Of a DNA stretch of 64,000 nt, positions 31,798-41,234 are shown piece after piece (positions within the stretch are counted from its first letter, which is position 1; each line of letters opens with the position of its first letter). The position numbers and the translations under genes are program-made. The notes beneath the pieces are model-generated. The model was not told where the DNA came from and did not search any database. It worked only from the letters and a program-made list of their open reading frames with translations. Source of the DNA: Myxococcota bacterium. Its GTDB lineage: Bacteria; Myxococcota_A; UBA9160; UBA6930. The stretch spans positions 1,568,001-1,632,000 of the forward strand of contig OZ245002.1 in the NCBI GenBank assembly GCA_965223415.1, read 5' to 3'.

Positions 31798-32810
31798 GCG
31801 CCCCGTCGCCGCTGCACGCGTTTCCCCGCGTCGGTCTGGCCCAACTGCCGACGGCGGTCGAGCCCCTTCCGCGCCTCTCGGCCGAGCTGCCGGGCCCGGA
31901 GGTCTGGGTCAAGCGGGACGACTGCACGGGCCTCGGCATGGGCGGAAACAAGGTCCGCAAGCTCGAGTACCTGCTGGGGCAGGCGTTGGTCGACGGCGTG
32001 GATACGGTGATCACGGTGGGCGGCGTGCAATCGAACCACGCCCGGCAGACCGCCGCCGCCGCGGCGCGGCTGGGTTTGCGCTGCGAGCTCGTACTGCCCC
32101 GGGTGGTGCCGCGCGACGGCGTCGACTACGAGCACGGCGGCAACGTCCTGCTCGACGAGCTGTTCGGGGCCCGGGTCCATGTCGTCGACGACGAGACCGC
32201 CGCCGCCCGGACGATCCAGCAGCTGGTGCAGGCCGCCAGCGAGCGGGGAGACAGGGCGGTGGTCCACCCTCCCGGCGGATCGACTGCGATCGGGGCCCTC
32301 GGCTACGTGCACGCCGCCATGGAGCTCGCGGAGCAGATCGGCGTTGGTCGACCTCCTTTCGAACGCATCTACCTCGCCGTCGGAACCGGAGGCACGCTGG
32401 CCGGGCTGCTCTGCGGCCTGCAGCTCGCCGGCAGGGAGATCCCGGTGCGAGGCGTCTGCGTCGCGCGACCGGCGGCGGAGCAACGGGACGCCGTGATGGC
32501 CCTGGCTGCCGAGACGAGCGCGTTGCTGGGCCGGTCTCCGCCGGACGCGGAGGCGCTCGATCTGGACGACGGGCATCTGGGCGACGGCTACGGCGTGCCG
32601 AGCGCCGCCGGGAGGGAGGCGATCGGGCGCTGTGCCCGCAACGAAGGGCTGCTCCTGGATCCGGTCTACACGTCCAAGGCGATGGCCGCGCTGCTCGCCG
32701 ATGCGGAGCGCGGCACGCTCGGGAGCGGACCGGTCCTTTTCTGGCACACCGGCGGCGCGCCGGCCCTCTTCGCCTACCGGGATGAGCTGAGCCCGGCCCG
32801 CCCGGGCTAG
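31794..32810 (+). CDS. D-cysteine desulfhydrase / ACC deaminase family PLP enzyme
   Basis: WVKRDDCTG.GMGGNKVRKLEY, QSNHARQTAA, GTGGT, LDPVYTSKA, FWHTGG. Confidence 0.92.
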   Translation: MSAPSPLHAFPRVGLAQLPTAVEPLPRLSAELPGPEVWVKRDDCTGLGMGGNKVRKLEYLLGQALVDGVDTVITVGGVQSNHARQTAAAAARLGLRCELVLPRVVPRDGVDYEHGGNVLLDELFGARVHVVDDETAAARTIQQLVQAASERGDRAVVHPPGGSTAIGALGYVHAAMELAEQIGVGRPPFERIYLAVGTGGTLAGLLCGLQLAGREIPVRGVCVARPAAEQRDAVMALAAETSALLGRSPPDAEALDLDDGHLGDGYGVPSAAGREAIGRCARNEGLLLDPVYTSKAMAALLADAERGTLGSGPVLFWHTGGAPALFAYRDELSPARPG

Positions 32811-32845
32811 ACTGATCCACAACAGCCCTCGCCACGGAGGCACCC

Positions 32846-33469
32846 ATGCGAAGGATTCCCTTCTACTTCGACTACGCCTGACCCTGGGCCTACTTCGGCA
32901 GTTGCCGAATCGATGCGTACTTCGAGGACCTGGACGTCGAGCTCGACTTCCGACCGGTCCAGCTCCGCAAGCTGATCGAGCTGCCCGAGGGCCAGGACAA
33001 GCCGGCGCCGCGAGCGAAGCTGGGGCCGCGCAAGCAGGCCGACTACGAGGCCAACGTCCGGCACTGGTCGGATCTCTGCGGCGCTCCGATCTCGCCCGAC
33101 GCCCGCACCTACATGAAGAGCGACACGAGCCTGGCCCTGCGCGCCGCCCTGGTGGCCAAGGACGCGGGGCGCTTCCGGGAGTTCCATGATCCCATGTACC
33201 GCTCCCGTTGGGCGGAGCCCACGGATCCCTCGGACCCGACCCATGTCCACGCGCTCCTCGACCGGGCGGGGCTCGATCCGGACGCGGCGTTGGCCCGGGC
33301 CGAGTCGGAAGAGCTGGTGGCACGCCTCGACCTTGACACGAAGGAAGCGATCGAACGCGGATTGTTCGGCGTACCCACGATCTTCGTGGGCGACGAGATG
33401 TTCTTCGGCAACGACCGCTTCGAGCTCGTTCGGCACTACCTGACGAAGGCGGAAGAGCGCTCGCGATGA
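32846..33469 (+). CDS. DsbA / GST-kappa (HCCA isomerase)-like selenoprotein, Sec at TGA 32879-32881
   Basis: ATG at 32846 after GGAGG reads MRRIPFYFDYA-TGA-PWAYFG and stays open, in frame with the 33113..33469 ORF (GLFGVPTIFVGDEMFFGNDR). Confidence 0.87.
32894..32909 (+). promoter_or_regulatory. Bacterial SECIS-like hairpin
   Basis: TTCGGC-AGTT-GCCGAA: loop begins 18 nt after UGA, G at loop position 2. Confidence 0.72.
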
Positions 33470-33488
33470 GCTGAGCGTGCGGCCCGCC

Positions 33489-34640
33489 TCATCCTCCGGC
33501 GGGCGGGTGCTGGACGGTCTCGCTCGCGGGTGCCGGCCCGTGCCCGCGCAGCCGATGGTCGAGCACGGCTCGCACGCGCTCGATGATCTCCGGCCGGATG
33601 AAATCGCCGTGGCCGCCGCTCTCCACGGTCAAGAGCGCCGTCGGCACCCCGGCTTCGCGCAGGGTCCGGTCGAGGTTCACGGAGTGGGCGTAGGGAACCA
33701 GCGGGTCCTCGGTTCCGTGGACGAAGTAGAAGGGCGGGTCGTCCGCATCGACGTGGTGGATGGGCGACGCGCTGCGCGCGGCCGAAGCGACCTCCGCGCC
33801 GCGACCGCCGAGGAAGGCATCGCGTCGCGCGGATCCGCCGGTCGATTCCGGCGCGGCGGCCAGGAGATCGGTCGAGCCGAAGAACGGGATGGCGCACTGG
33901 ACGTCGGAGGATTCCGAGGCGTTCGGACCGAGCGTGCCGGCATGCTCGGCGCTCCCGTTGGTGGTGCCGATCAGCGCCGTCAGGTGTCCGCCCGCGGAGG
34001 CCCCCATCACGCAGATCCGGGCCGCGTCGAGGCCGTAGCGTTCGGCGTTGGCGCGGATCCATCGAATTCCGGCCTTCAGGTCGTGGAGCGGAGCCGGGTA
34101 CGTCACCTCGCCGCTCAAGCGGTAGCCGATCGCGACGGCGGCGTAGTGGCCGGACGCGACGTGGGGAACGACCTGGGGCCTCGCCATCAACCGGCTGCCC
34201 ATGCTCCAGCCGCCGCCGTGCACGTAGGCGATCACCGGCAGGCCCCCCTCGGCCGCGCGGGTCTTCGGGAGGAGCAGATCGAGCTGCTGGCGATGGTGCG
34301 CGGTCCCGGCGTAGGGGATGTTCTCGATCAGCTCGATGGTCGCCGGCAGGGCGCCGAAGCGGCCGCCGGGCTCGTTCAGGAATGCGATGTACTCCTCGGC
34401 GTCGAGGCTACCGTCCCGATTCCGGTCGCCGATCCGCAGGTAGGGAGCCAGAGCGGCGGGCGCCTCGTCGAGCCCCACGCGACCGTCTCCGTTCGCGTCC
34501 ATCGCCGCGAACGCCGCCTGCTGGCGCGCCCGCTCCGCGGCGAGCGAGGCTGCCTCCGCAGCCGATCCGGAGGCGAAGAGGAGGACAGCCCAGGCCAGCA
34601 GGGGGGAGACGATTCGAGTGGATCGAGTAGCGATTGTCAT
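33489..34640 (-). CDS. Secreted alpha/beta hydrolase (HSL/BD-FAE-like esterase) with EF-hands
   Basis: Signal peptide, DANGDGRV and DRNRDGSLDAEE EF-hands, HGGGW, GASAG, HGTED, H. Confidence 0.88.
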   Translation of the reverse strand: MTIATRSTRIVSPLLAWAVLLFASGSAAEAASLAAERARQQAAFAAMDANGDGRVGLDEAPAALAPYLRIGDRNRDGSLDAEEYIAFLNEPGGRFGALPATIELIENIPYAGTAHHRQQLDLLLPKTRAAEGGLPVIAYVHGGGWSMGSRLMARPQVVPHVASGHYAAVAIGYRLSGEVTYPAPLHDLKAGIRWIRANAERYGLDAARICVMGASAGGHLTALIGTTNGSAEHAGTLGPNASESSDVQCAIPFFGSTDLLAAAPESTGGSARRDAFLGGRGAEVASAARSASPIHHVDADDPPFYFVHGTEDPLVPYAHSVNLDRTLREAGVPTALLTVESGGHGDFIRPEIIERVRAVLDHRLRGHGPAPASETVQHPPAGG

Positions 34641-34742
34641 GGAAGTCGAGCTCCTTCTTCCTCGTGGGCGAGGCGGCGCCAACGGCCGAGGTCCTTGCCG
34701 CCACTACGCTAGCCTCCGCCAGCTACCGCAGAGGATTCCACG

Positions 34743-36437
34743 ATGATTCTCCTGAATCCCCGCCATCCGGGCCACGAAGGCGACGACGCGCGAACCCGCG
34801 AGCTGATGCGCCAGACCGTGGAGTTCTTCGAGACCAAGGGCAAGAAGCGCCTGCTCGAGGACTACTACGATCGCGGCTGGTACGCCGATTTCCTCGAGTA
34901 CGCGAAGGATCACCGACTCCTCGCCACGATGTGCACGCCCGAGGGCGAGGGCGCCGACGACGCGCGTTGGGACACCTGGCGGGTCTGCCAGTTCGCCGAG
35001 ATCCTGGGCTTCTACGGCCTTCAGTACTGGTACACCTGGCAAGTCTCGGTGCTCGGGCTCGGACCGATCTGGATGAGCCCGAACGAAGCCGTCCGCAAGC
35101 GCACCTCCCGGGCCCTGGAAGACGGCGGCATCTTCGCCTTCGGCCTGTCCGAGAAGACACACGGCGCCGACATCTACTCGACGGACATGGTGCTGACGAA
35201 GGACGGCGACGGCTGGAGGGCCAACGGCCGAAAGTACTACATCGGCAACGGCAACGAAGCGGCGATCGTCTCGACCTTCGGTCGCTTCGACGGCGGCGAC
35301 GAGTACGTGTTCTTCGCCTCCGACCCGAGGCACGAGAGCTACCAGCTGGTGAAGAACGTGGTCGCCAGCCAGAACTACGTGTCCGAATTCGAGCTGCGCG
35401 ACTACCCGGTCGGCGAAGCCGACATCCTGCACCGCGGCCGCGACGCCTGGAACGCGGCGCTCAACACCGTCAACATCGGCAAGTACAACCTCGGCTGGGC
35501 CTCGATCGGCATCTGTACCCACGCGCTCTACGAGGCGATCACCCACGCGAACAACCGGGTTCTCTATGGCAGTCCGGTGACCGACATGTCGCACGTCCGC
35601 AACATGTTCGTCGACGCCTACTGCCGATTGGTCTCGATGAAACTCTTCGCACTGCGCGCCGCCGACTACATGCGCGTCGCCTCCCGCGAAGACCGCCGCT
35701 ATCTGCTCTTCAACCCGATGGTGAAGATGAAGGTCACCACCCAGGGCGAAGACGTAATCAACCTGTTGTGGGACGCCATCGCCGCCAAGGGCTTCGAGAA
35801 GGACACCTACTTCGGCCAGGCCGCCATCGACATCCGCGCCCTACCGAAGCTCGAGGGCACGGTGCACGTGAACATCGCGCTGATCGTGAAGTTCATGGCG
35901 AACTACTTCTTCAACCCGGGCGAGCATGCGGAGGTGGAGCGCCAGGACCAGCCGCGCAACGACGGCTTCCTCTTCGACCAGGGGGGCGCCGGCGGCCTCG
36001 GCCAGATCCAGTTCCACGACTACCGGAAGGTCTTCGACGAGTTCGCGCGCATCCCCAACGTCGCGCTCTTCGCCGAGCAGGCCGACGCCTTTCGCGAGCT
36101 GCTCGCCAGCGACCCGCCCGGCCCCGACCAGATGAAGGACGTCGATTTCCTGCTGGCGGGCGGCAACCTGTTCGCGATGGTCGTCTACGCCCAGCTCATC
36201 CTCGAGAACGCCGGGATCTACGGTCTGGACGACGACCTGGTCGGCCAGATCTTCGACTTCATGATCCGCGACACCGCGCAGCACGCGCTCCACCTCTCGC
36301 TCCAGGCGAGCAGCACCGAGAAGCAGATGGCCCAGTGCCAGAAGATGCTGCGCAGGCCGGTCGCCGATCCGGCTCGCTACGACCGGGTGTGGCAGAGTGT
36401 CCGGGCGTTGGACGGCGCCTACGAGATGAATCCGTAG
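34743..36437 (+). CDS. Acyl-CoA dehydrogenase family protein
   Basis: FAFGLSEKTHGAD, NGRKYYIGNG, LNTVNIGK, AAKGFE, LPKLEGT. Confidence 0.9.
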   Translation: MILLNPRHPGHEGDDARTRELMRQTVEFFETKGKKRLLEDYYDRGWYADFLEYAKDHRLLATMCTPEGEGADDARWDTWRVCQFAEILGFYGLQYWYTWQVSVLGLGPIWMSPNEAVRKRTSRALEDGGIFAFGLSEKTHGADIYSTDMVLTKDGDGWRANGRKYYIGNGNEAAIVSTFGRFDGGDEYVFFASDPRHESYQLVKNVVASQNYVSEFELRDYPVGEADILHRGRDAWNAALNTVNIGKYNLGWASIGICTHALYEAITHANNRVLYGSPVTDMSHVRNMFVDAYCRLVSMKLFALRAADYMRVASREDRRYLLFNPMVKMKVTTQGEDVINLLWDAIAAKGFEKDTYFGQAAIDIRALPKLEGTVHVNIALIVKFMANYFFNPGEHAEVERQDQPRNDGFLFDQGGAGGLGQIQFHDYRKVFDEFARIPNVALFAEQADAFRELLASDPPGPDQMKDVDFLLAGGNLFAMVVYAQLILENAGIYGLDDDLVGQIFDFMIRDTAQHALHLSLQASSTEKQMAQCQKMLRRPVADPARYDRVWQSVRALDGAYEMNP

Positions 36438-36452
36438 GGCGGCAGCCGGGAC

Positions 36453-36594
36453 CTACTTCTCGACGTAGCGCACGAGCAGCTCCGTCACTTCGTCGACGAA
36501 AGCGGGAGTTGGCCAGCCGCTCGGGCTCGTCGAGCGCGGTGTCGGTGCCGTGGATCACGGCCTCGAGGGCGCGCATCGCGACGAAGCTCGCCAT
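36453..36594 (-). pseudogene. Frameshifted C-terminal remnant, TetR-like
   Basis: MASFVAMRALEAVIHG...EPERLA, then one extra base, then PAFVDEVTELLVRYVEK*. No HTH domain. Confidence 0.5.
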
Positions 36595-36616
36595 CGGTGG
36601 CGTTCCTCTTCGGGGT

Positions 36617-36946
36617 CTGCTCACGATCCGAGAGCTCGAACGCTCGCTGCGCTTCCACGGCGCCCTCGGCTACCGCGAGGTCACGGGCTATTCGCCGACG
36701 GACCACGAAGGCGAGGGCCTCCACTTCCTCGTGCGACCCGGCTTCTCGGACATCCTGACGCTGCGCGTCGGCGGCCCGCCCGGCGTCGACCACTTCGGCT
36801 TCTTCATGAGGGACGCGTCGACACTCGACTCAGCCATCGAGGAGCTCGAGAAGGCGGGCGGACCCTTCCTCGAGAAAGACGAGTTGGCGCCGGGCGTGTG
36901 GTCGGCGTTCCTCGCGGACCCGGACGGCTACAAGATCCAGATCTGA
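36617..36946 (+). pseudogene. VOC family gene lacking a clear start
   Basis: IRELERSLRF, GVDHFGF, FLADPDGYKIQI. The N-terminal His motif and an RBS/start are not evident. Confidence 0.6.
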
Positions 36947-37018
36947 GCGGCCGACAGCGCGGCATCACCGGGTGCCCACGATCAGCGGCGCCTCGGCAGC
37001 CCGGGAAACGGAGGCTGC

Positions 37019-37095
37019 TGGCGCGCCCGGCACGACTCGAACGTGCGACCTCCAGGTCCGCAACCTGGCGCTCTATCCAACTGAGCTACGGGCGC
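37019..37095 (-). tRNA. tRNA-Arg (anticodon GCG)
   Basis: GCGCCCG acceptor stem, TAGCTCAGTTGGATAGAGC D-arm, CCAGG-TTGCGGA-CCTGG anticodon arm, GTTCGA T-loop, encoded CCA. Confidence 0.95.
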
Positions 37096-37141
37096 TCTCA
37101 GAGCGGGGCGCGAATCCTAGCGAACCCTGCTCGGGAAGCCT

Positions 37142-37229
<88 letters not shown>

Positions 37230-37280
37230 GGGCGCTCGCGTGGGCTGAATTCGCGAGCGATCACATGCACTTGGGGGATC

Positions 37281-37370
<90 letters not shown>

Positions 37371-37479
37371 GGTCCGCCGCGCTCCGCGACGGGAGGCGTA
37401 GGATACCGGCTCCCAGGGCCCCGGAAACCCCCGGGGACGCTCTGCCGGGAACTGTTAAGAGAGGTTCCTGGCACCTTTC

Positions 37480-38016
37480 TTAACGGATGTCGCGGTCGAG
37501 GACGGTCTTGCGTTCGTCGCGGCGGGCGTTCTCGATGGCCTTGTCGCAGGCGGTGCGGATGAGGTCGGAGAGGGGGGCGAGGACGCGGTCGGAGGTGTTC
37601 ATGCCAGAGCGGGCCTTGATGTAGTCCTTGAGGCGGCTGGCGATGACGAGGACCTCTCGCGGGACGTTGGCGGCGGGGGGCGGGCTCGGCGCGGCCTGGG
37701 CGGGCTGGCTGGGGGCGACGCGGCGGCGGGGCTCGCGCTTGGCGCTCCGCTCCCGCTCGGCCGCGGGCTTCGGCGCGGGCTCGCTCTCGGCGGCCTGCTG
37801 GCGCCGCCACTCGGCGGCGCCGGGGCTCTTCTTCTCCTCGGCCCAGGCCTCCCGGTGGTTCATCGTCGGCAGGTGGGCGTCCCAGCAGTCGACGGAGCAG
37901 AACACGAAGGCCGTGTTGCGGCGGTTGCAGGTGGAGACGTTGCAAACGTAGTAGGCGGTCTCGAACGGGATGGGCTCCCGGCAGGAGCTGCAGCGGCGCC
38001 AGGCCTCGTCGCTCAT
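37480..38016 (-). CDS. Bacterial histone-fold protein with N-terminal Cys/His zinc finger (ZZ-histone type)
   Basis: C-terminal EVLVIASRLKDYIKARSGMNTSD...LSDLIRTACDKAIENARRDERKTVLDRDI matches the pattern of the Bdellovibrio Bd0055 histone fold, with the RKT...RD loop. N-terminal CxxC, Cx4C, Cx3C, H, H. AAGGAGG RBS. Confidence 0.85.
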   Translation of the reverse strand: MSDEAWRRCSSCREPIPFETAYYVCNVSTCNRRNTAFVFCSVDCWDAHLPTMNHREAWAEEKKSPGAAEWRRQQAAESEPAPKPAAERERSAKREPRRRVAPSQPAQAAPSPPPAANVPREVLVIASRLKDYIKARSGMNTSDRVLAPLSDLIRTACDKAIENARRDERKTVLDRDIR

Positions 38017-38026
38017 GGGTCCTCCT

Positions 38027-41000
38027 TCAGCGGGTCTCTTCGAACACCCCGGCCAGGCGCTGGAGCACGATCTCCTCGGTCCGGGAGACCGTGCGCAGGC
38101 CCACCACGCCGCCGGCGGCCTGGGCGACGCCCCGCGCGCGCACGAGCACGGTCTCCTGGAGGCGCAGGCGGCCCTCCACGCTGAGCTGGGGAAGGAGCGC
38201 CTCGACGTAGCCGCGCCAGGCCTGGAAGAGGCGGTCCTCCGGCGGGCCGGCCAGCCACTCGGAGAGGAGCTGCAGGCTCTGGCCGTCGCGCTCGAGGCCC
38301 AGGCTCCCGGCGGCCTCCAGGATGGCAGAGCGCTCCTTGTCGTCGAGCTGGCCGTCGGCCCACGCCACCTGCACGAGGGGAATCAGGGCGAGGGCGCGCA
38401 GGGTTTGGTCGTGGATGCCGAGGGACGCGAGGGACGCCTGCAGCGAGGCGTCGCCCAGCTCGACGTCGCCCGCGAGCACGTGCTCGCTCCAGCGGACCTC
38501 GCGGCGGGCGAAGGCCTCGCCGAGCTGCTGGCCGCGAGTGTGCAGGGCAAGGCGCGACGCGAGCAGCTCGTTCGTGTTCTGGAATAGCACCGTGGCGATG
38601 CGCGGGTAGCGAAGGGCCAGGTGACTCATCGCCTCCTGGGAGAGGCGCAGGAGCCGCGCGTCCTCGACCACCTCCGCGTTCAGCGCGTGCTCGCCGTGGA
38701 AGAGGCCCGCCTCGCCGACCGTGTCGCCCCGGTCGTGGAGCGAGGCGATCAGGTTGCGGTCGCCGGCGTCGACCCAGCTGCGCACGGCGCCGCCGATCAC
38801 GACGTACATGCCCTGGGCCGGCTCGCCGGCGTGGAAGAGGGCGCGCCCTGCCGGCGCCTCCACCAGCGTCCCCATCAGCGCGACGATGCGGGCCTGGCCC
38901 GCCCGCAGCCCCTGGAAGAGGCCGATGGTCCGGCGCGGGTCGTCACCGAGGTCGAGGCTCACGAGGTCCCAGAGCGTGACGATGCGCATGCGCGCGCAGA
39001 GCGCCGGCGTGAACGTCACGTCGGTGAGCCAGGCGAAGGCCAGAGCGAAGGCGGCCAGCACGCCGATCTCCCGCTGGGTGGAGAGATCGCTCACCAGCAG
39101 GCACAGGAAGCCGGCGCAGAGCGCCATGGTCGTCACGGTGACTGGCGGGCCCACGGCGGCCAGGGTCGCGGCCGTGGCCTTCTCCTCGTCGCCCAGGCGC
39201 TTGGCATCGCGGATGAAGCGGGCGAAGTAGTGGATGGTGTCGTCGACGGCGATGCCCAGCACCATCGGCGCGATCAGGCTCGTGCCCGGCGAGAGGCTGA
39301 CGCCGGTCCAGCCGAGGGCACCGAAGTAGACGGCTACCGGCACGGCGTTGGGGAGCAATGCCACCAGGCCGACACGCAGGGAGACGAAGAGCGCCGCCAG
39401 CACCACGTAGATGATCCCGAAGGCCGCCAGCACCGAGATCGTCTGCCCGCGGATGATCTGGTCGAGGGCGTCGCTGATGATGACGGAGGTCCCGGTCACC
39501 CGCGCGTCGATCGAATCGGGCAGCTCGGCCAGGCGCGTGGCGATCCGCCCGGTCAACGCCGTGACGTCGTCCGAGTCGATCACCTTGGCGCGAACGCGAA
39601 CGACAGTCCGTTGATAGGCGACGTCCACCAGGTTGCGCAGCTCCCGGCTCTCGCCGAAGAGCAGGATTTGGCTCACCAGGCGCTGGCGCTCGGGGAGCGC
39701 GAAGTACTCCGGATCGTTCTCGTGGAAGCCGCGGTTCAGGAGCTTCAGGTGGTCGACCAGGGAGGTCGTCTCGCCCACGGCGGGATCGGCGGAGAGCCAG
39801 GCCTGGAGCTCCTCGATCTCGCGCAGGTGCTCCGGCTTCTTGAAGGTGTCGCGGGTCTCGCCCTCGAGCACGATCAGGAGCGGGTTCGCGCCGCCGAGAC
39901 GATCGTTCACCGCTTCGTAGTGGAGCCGTACCTCGGAATCCGGCGGGAACTTGCGGATCTGGTCGGAGCCCACGCGGATGGAGCCCGCCCCGACGAGCGC
40001 CAGCACCAGCGCCGCTGCGAAGCCGCCGAAGATCCACGGCCGCTGGCGCACGGCGAAGTGGGCGACCCGTGTCGCGATGCCCTCGGCCCGGCCCGTCGCC
40101 GGCGGATGCCGGCGCGGAAGGGGCAGGAAGGCCAGCACCGCCGGCGTGAGGGTGAGGGAGGCCAGCACCGTGCATCCGACGCCCAGCACCGAGAGCACGC
40201 CGAACTCGCGCACCGCCGGGAGGGGGGAGAGGATCAGCGTGGCGAACCCGATCGCGGTGGTGAGGCCGGTCAGCAGCACCGGGAGCTGCACCTGGCCCGT
40301 GGCCGCGGCGGCGCGGACCGCCGGCCGCTCCCCCTCCACCTCGTAGTACTCGCTCACGACGTGGATGGCGTAGGAGAGCCCGAGCGTCGTGAGCAGCGCG
40401 GGCACGAGGACGGTGACGGCGTTCAGCACGTGGCCGGTCGCCACCATCAGGCCCAGGGCCCACACCACCGCCACGGCCACCGTCACGAGGGGCACCAGGA
40501 CGCCGCGCACGGTGCGGAAGGCCAGCACCAGCACGAGGGACATGGCGCCGAGGATCAGGCTCGGCAGCAGGAAGGTCTCGCGCACCAGGACCCGGGCGTT
40601 GGCGACGCCGAAGTGGGGGCCGCCGGTCAGCCAGATCTGGGCGTCGCCGGCCTCCGCGTGGGCGATCTCGAGGAGGCGGTCGCTCACGCCGCGCTCGCCG
40701 TACTCCCGGCTGTCGAGGGGCGCCAGGGTGAGGAGCAGGGCGGTGGCGCTCTCGTCGCGGGCCACCAGGCTGCCCGCCGTGAAGGGGTTGCCCATCACGG
40801 CGTCGCGGACGGCGGCGAGCCCCGCCTCGTCCTCGGGAATCGCCCGCACGAAGGGGCCGATCTCGATCCCCTCCTCGGTGCCCACCACGTCGACGGCGTT
40901 GGTCAGCGAGGTGACGCTGCGGATCTCCTCCAGCTCCGCCAGCCTGCGCGTGATGCGATCGATGCGCTGCAGCGAGTCGGTCGTGAAGAGCGCGTCCGGG

Positions 41001-41230
41001 GCGAAGCCCAGCACCAGGCTCTCGTCGCTGCCGAAGCGGCGTCGGGCCTCGGCGAGGAAGGTGCGCGCCTCGCTGTCCTCGGGAAGCAGGCTCTCGATCG
41101 AGGGCTCGATGTGGAGCCGGGAGCGCCCGTCCTCGAGATCCACGAGCGCGGCCAGGGCGAGCAGGGTCGCGACCACGACACCCGCGAGCACCCAGGCGGC
41201 GTGGTGCTCGATGGCCGCACGCAGGCGCAC
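38027..41230 (-). CDS. MMPL/RND-family transporter with C-terminal cNMP-binding and TerB-like domains
   Basis: Two MMPL repeats (LTTAIGF, GIAVDDTIH), then LFHAGEP..GMYVVIGG.V...GDTVGE, then LVQVAWADGQLDDKER. Confidence 0.88.
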   Translation of the reverse strand: MRLRAAIEHHAAWVLAGVVVATLLALAALVDLEDGRSRLHIEPSIESLLPEDSEARTFLAEARRRFGSDESLVLGFAPDALFTTDSLQRIDRITRRLAELEEIRSVTSLTNAVDVVGTEEGIEIGPFVRAIPEDEAGLAAVRDAVMGNPFTAGSLVARDESATALLLTLAPLDSREYGERGVSDRLLEIAHAEAGDAQIWLTGGPHFGVANARVLVRETFLLPSLILGAMSLVLVLAFRTVRGVLVPLVTVAVAVVWALGLMVATGHVLNAVTVLVPALLTTLGLSYAIHVVSEYYEVEGERPAVRAAAATGQVQLPVLLTGLTTAIGFATLILSPLPAVREFGVLSVLGVGCTVLASLTLTPAVLAFLPLPRRHPPATGRAEGIATRVAHFAVRQRPWIFGGFAAALVLALVGAGSIRVGSDQIRKFPPDSEVRLHYEAVNDRLGGANPLLIVLEGETRDTFKKPEHLREIEELQAWLSADPAVGETTSLVDHLKLLNRGFHENDPEYFALPERQRLVSQILLFGESRELRNLVDVAYQRTVVRVRAKVIDSDDVTALTGRIATRLAELPDSIDARVTGTSVIISDALDQIIRGQTISVLAAFGIIYVVLAALFVSLRVGLVALLPNAVPVAVYFGALGWTGVSLSPGTSLIAPMVLGIAVDDTIHYFARFIRDAKRLGDEEKATAATLAAVGPPVTVTTMALCAGFLCLLVSDLSTQREIGVLAAFALAFAWLTDVTFTPALCARMRIVTLWDLVSLDLGDDPRRTIGLFQGLRAGQARIVALMGTLVEAPAGRALFHAGEPAQGMYVVIGGAVRSWVDAGDRNLIASLHDRGDTVGEAGLFHGEHALNAEVVEDARLLRLSQEAMSHLALRYPRIATVLFQNTNELLASRLALHTRGQQLGEAFARREVRWSEHVLAGDVELGDASLQASLASLGIHDQTLRALALIPLVQVAWADGQLDDKERSAILEAAGSLGLERDGQSLQLLSEWLAGPPEDRLFQAWRGYVEALLPQLSVEGRLRLQETVLVRARGVAQAAGGVVGLRTVSRTEEIVLQRLAGVFEETR

Positions 41231-41234
41231 GTGC

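Noticed and set aside
37459..37480. AGGTTCCTGGCACCTTT imperfect palindrome resembling REP-like repeats
   Set aside because: Only one copy was seen in the window, so it cannot be supported as a repeat family.
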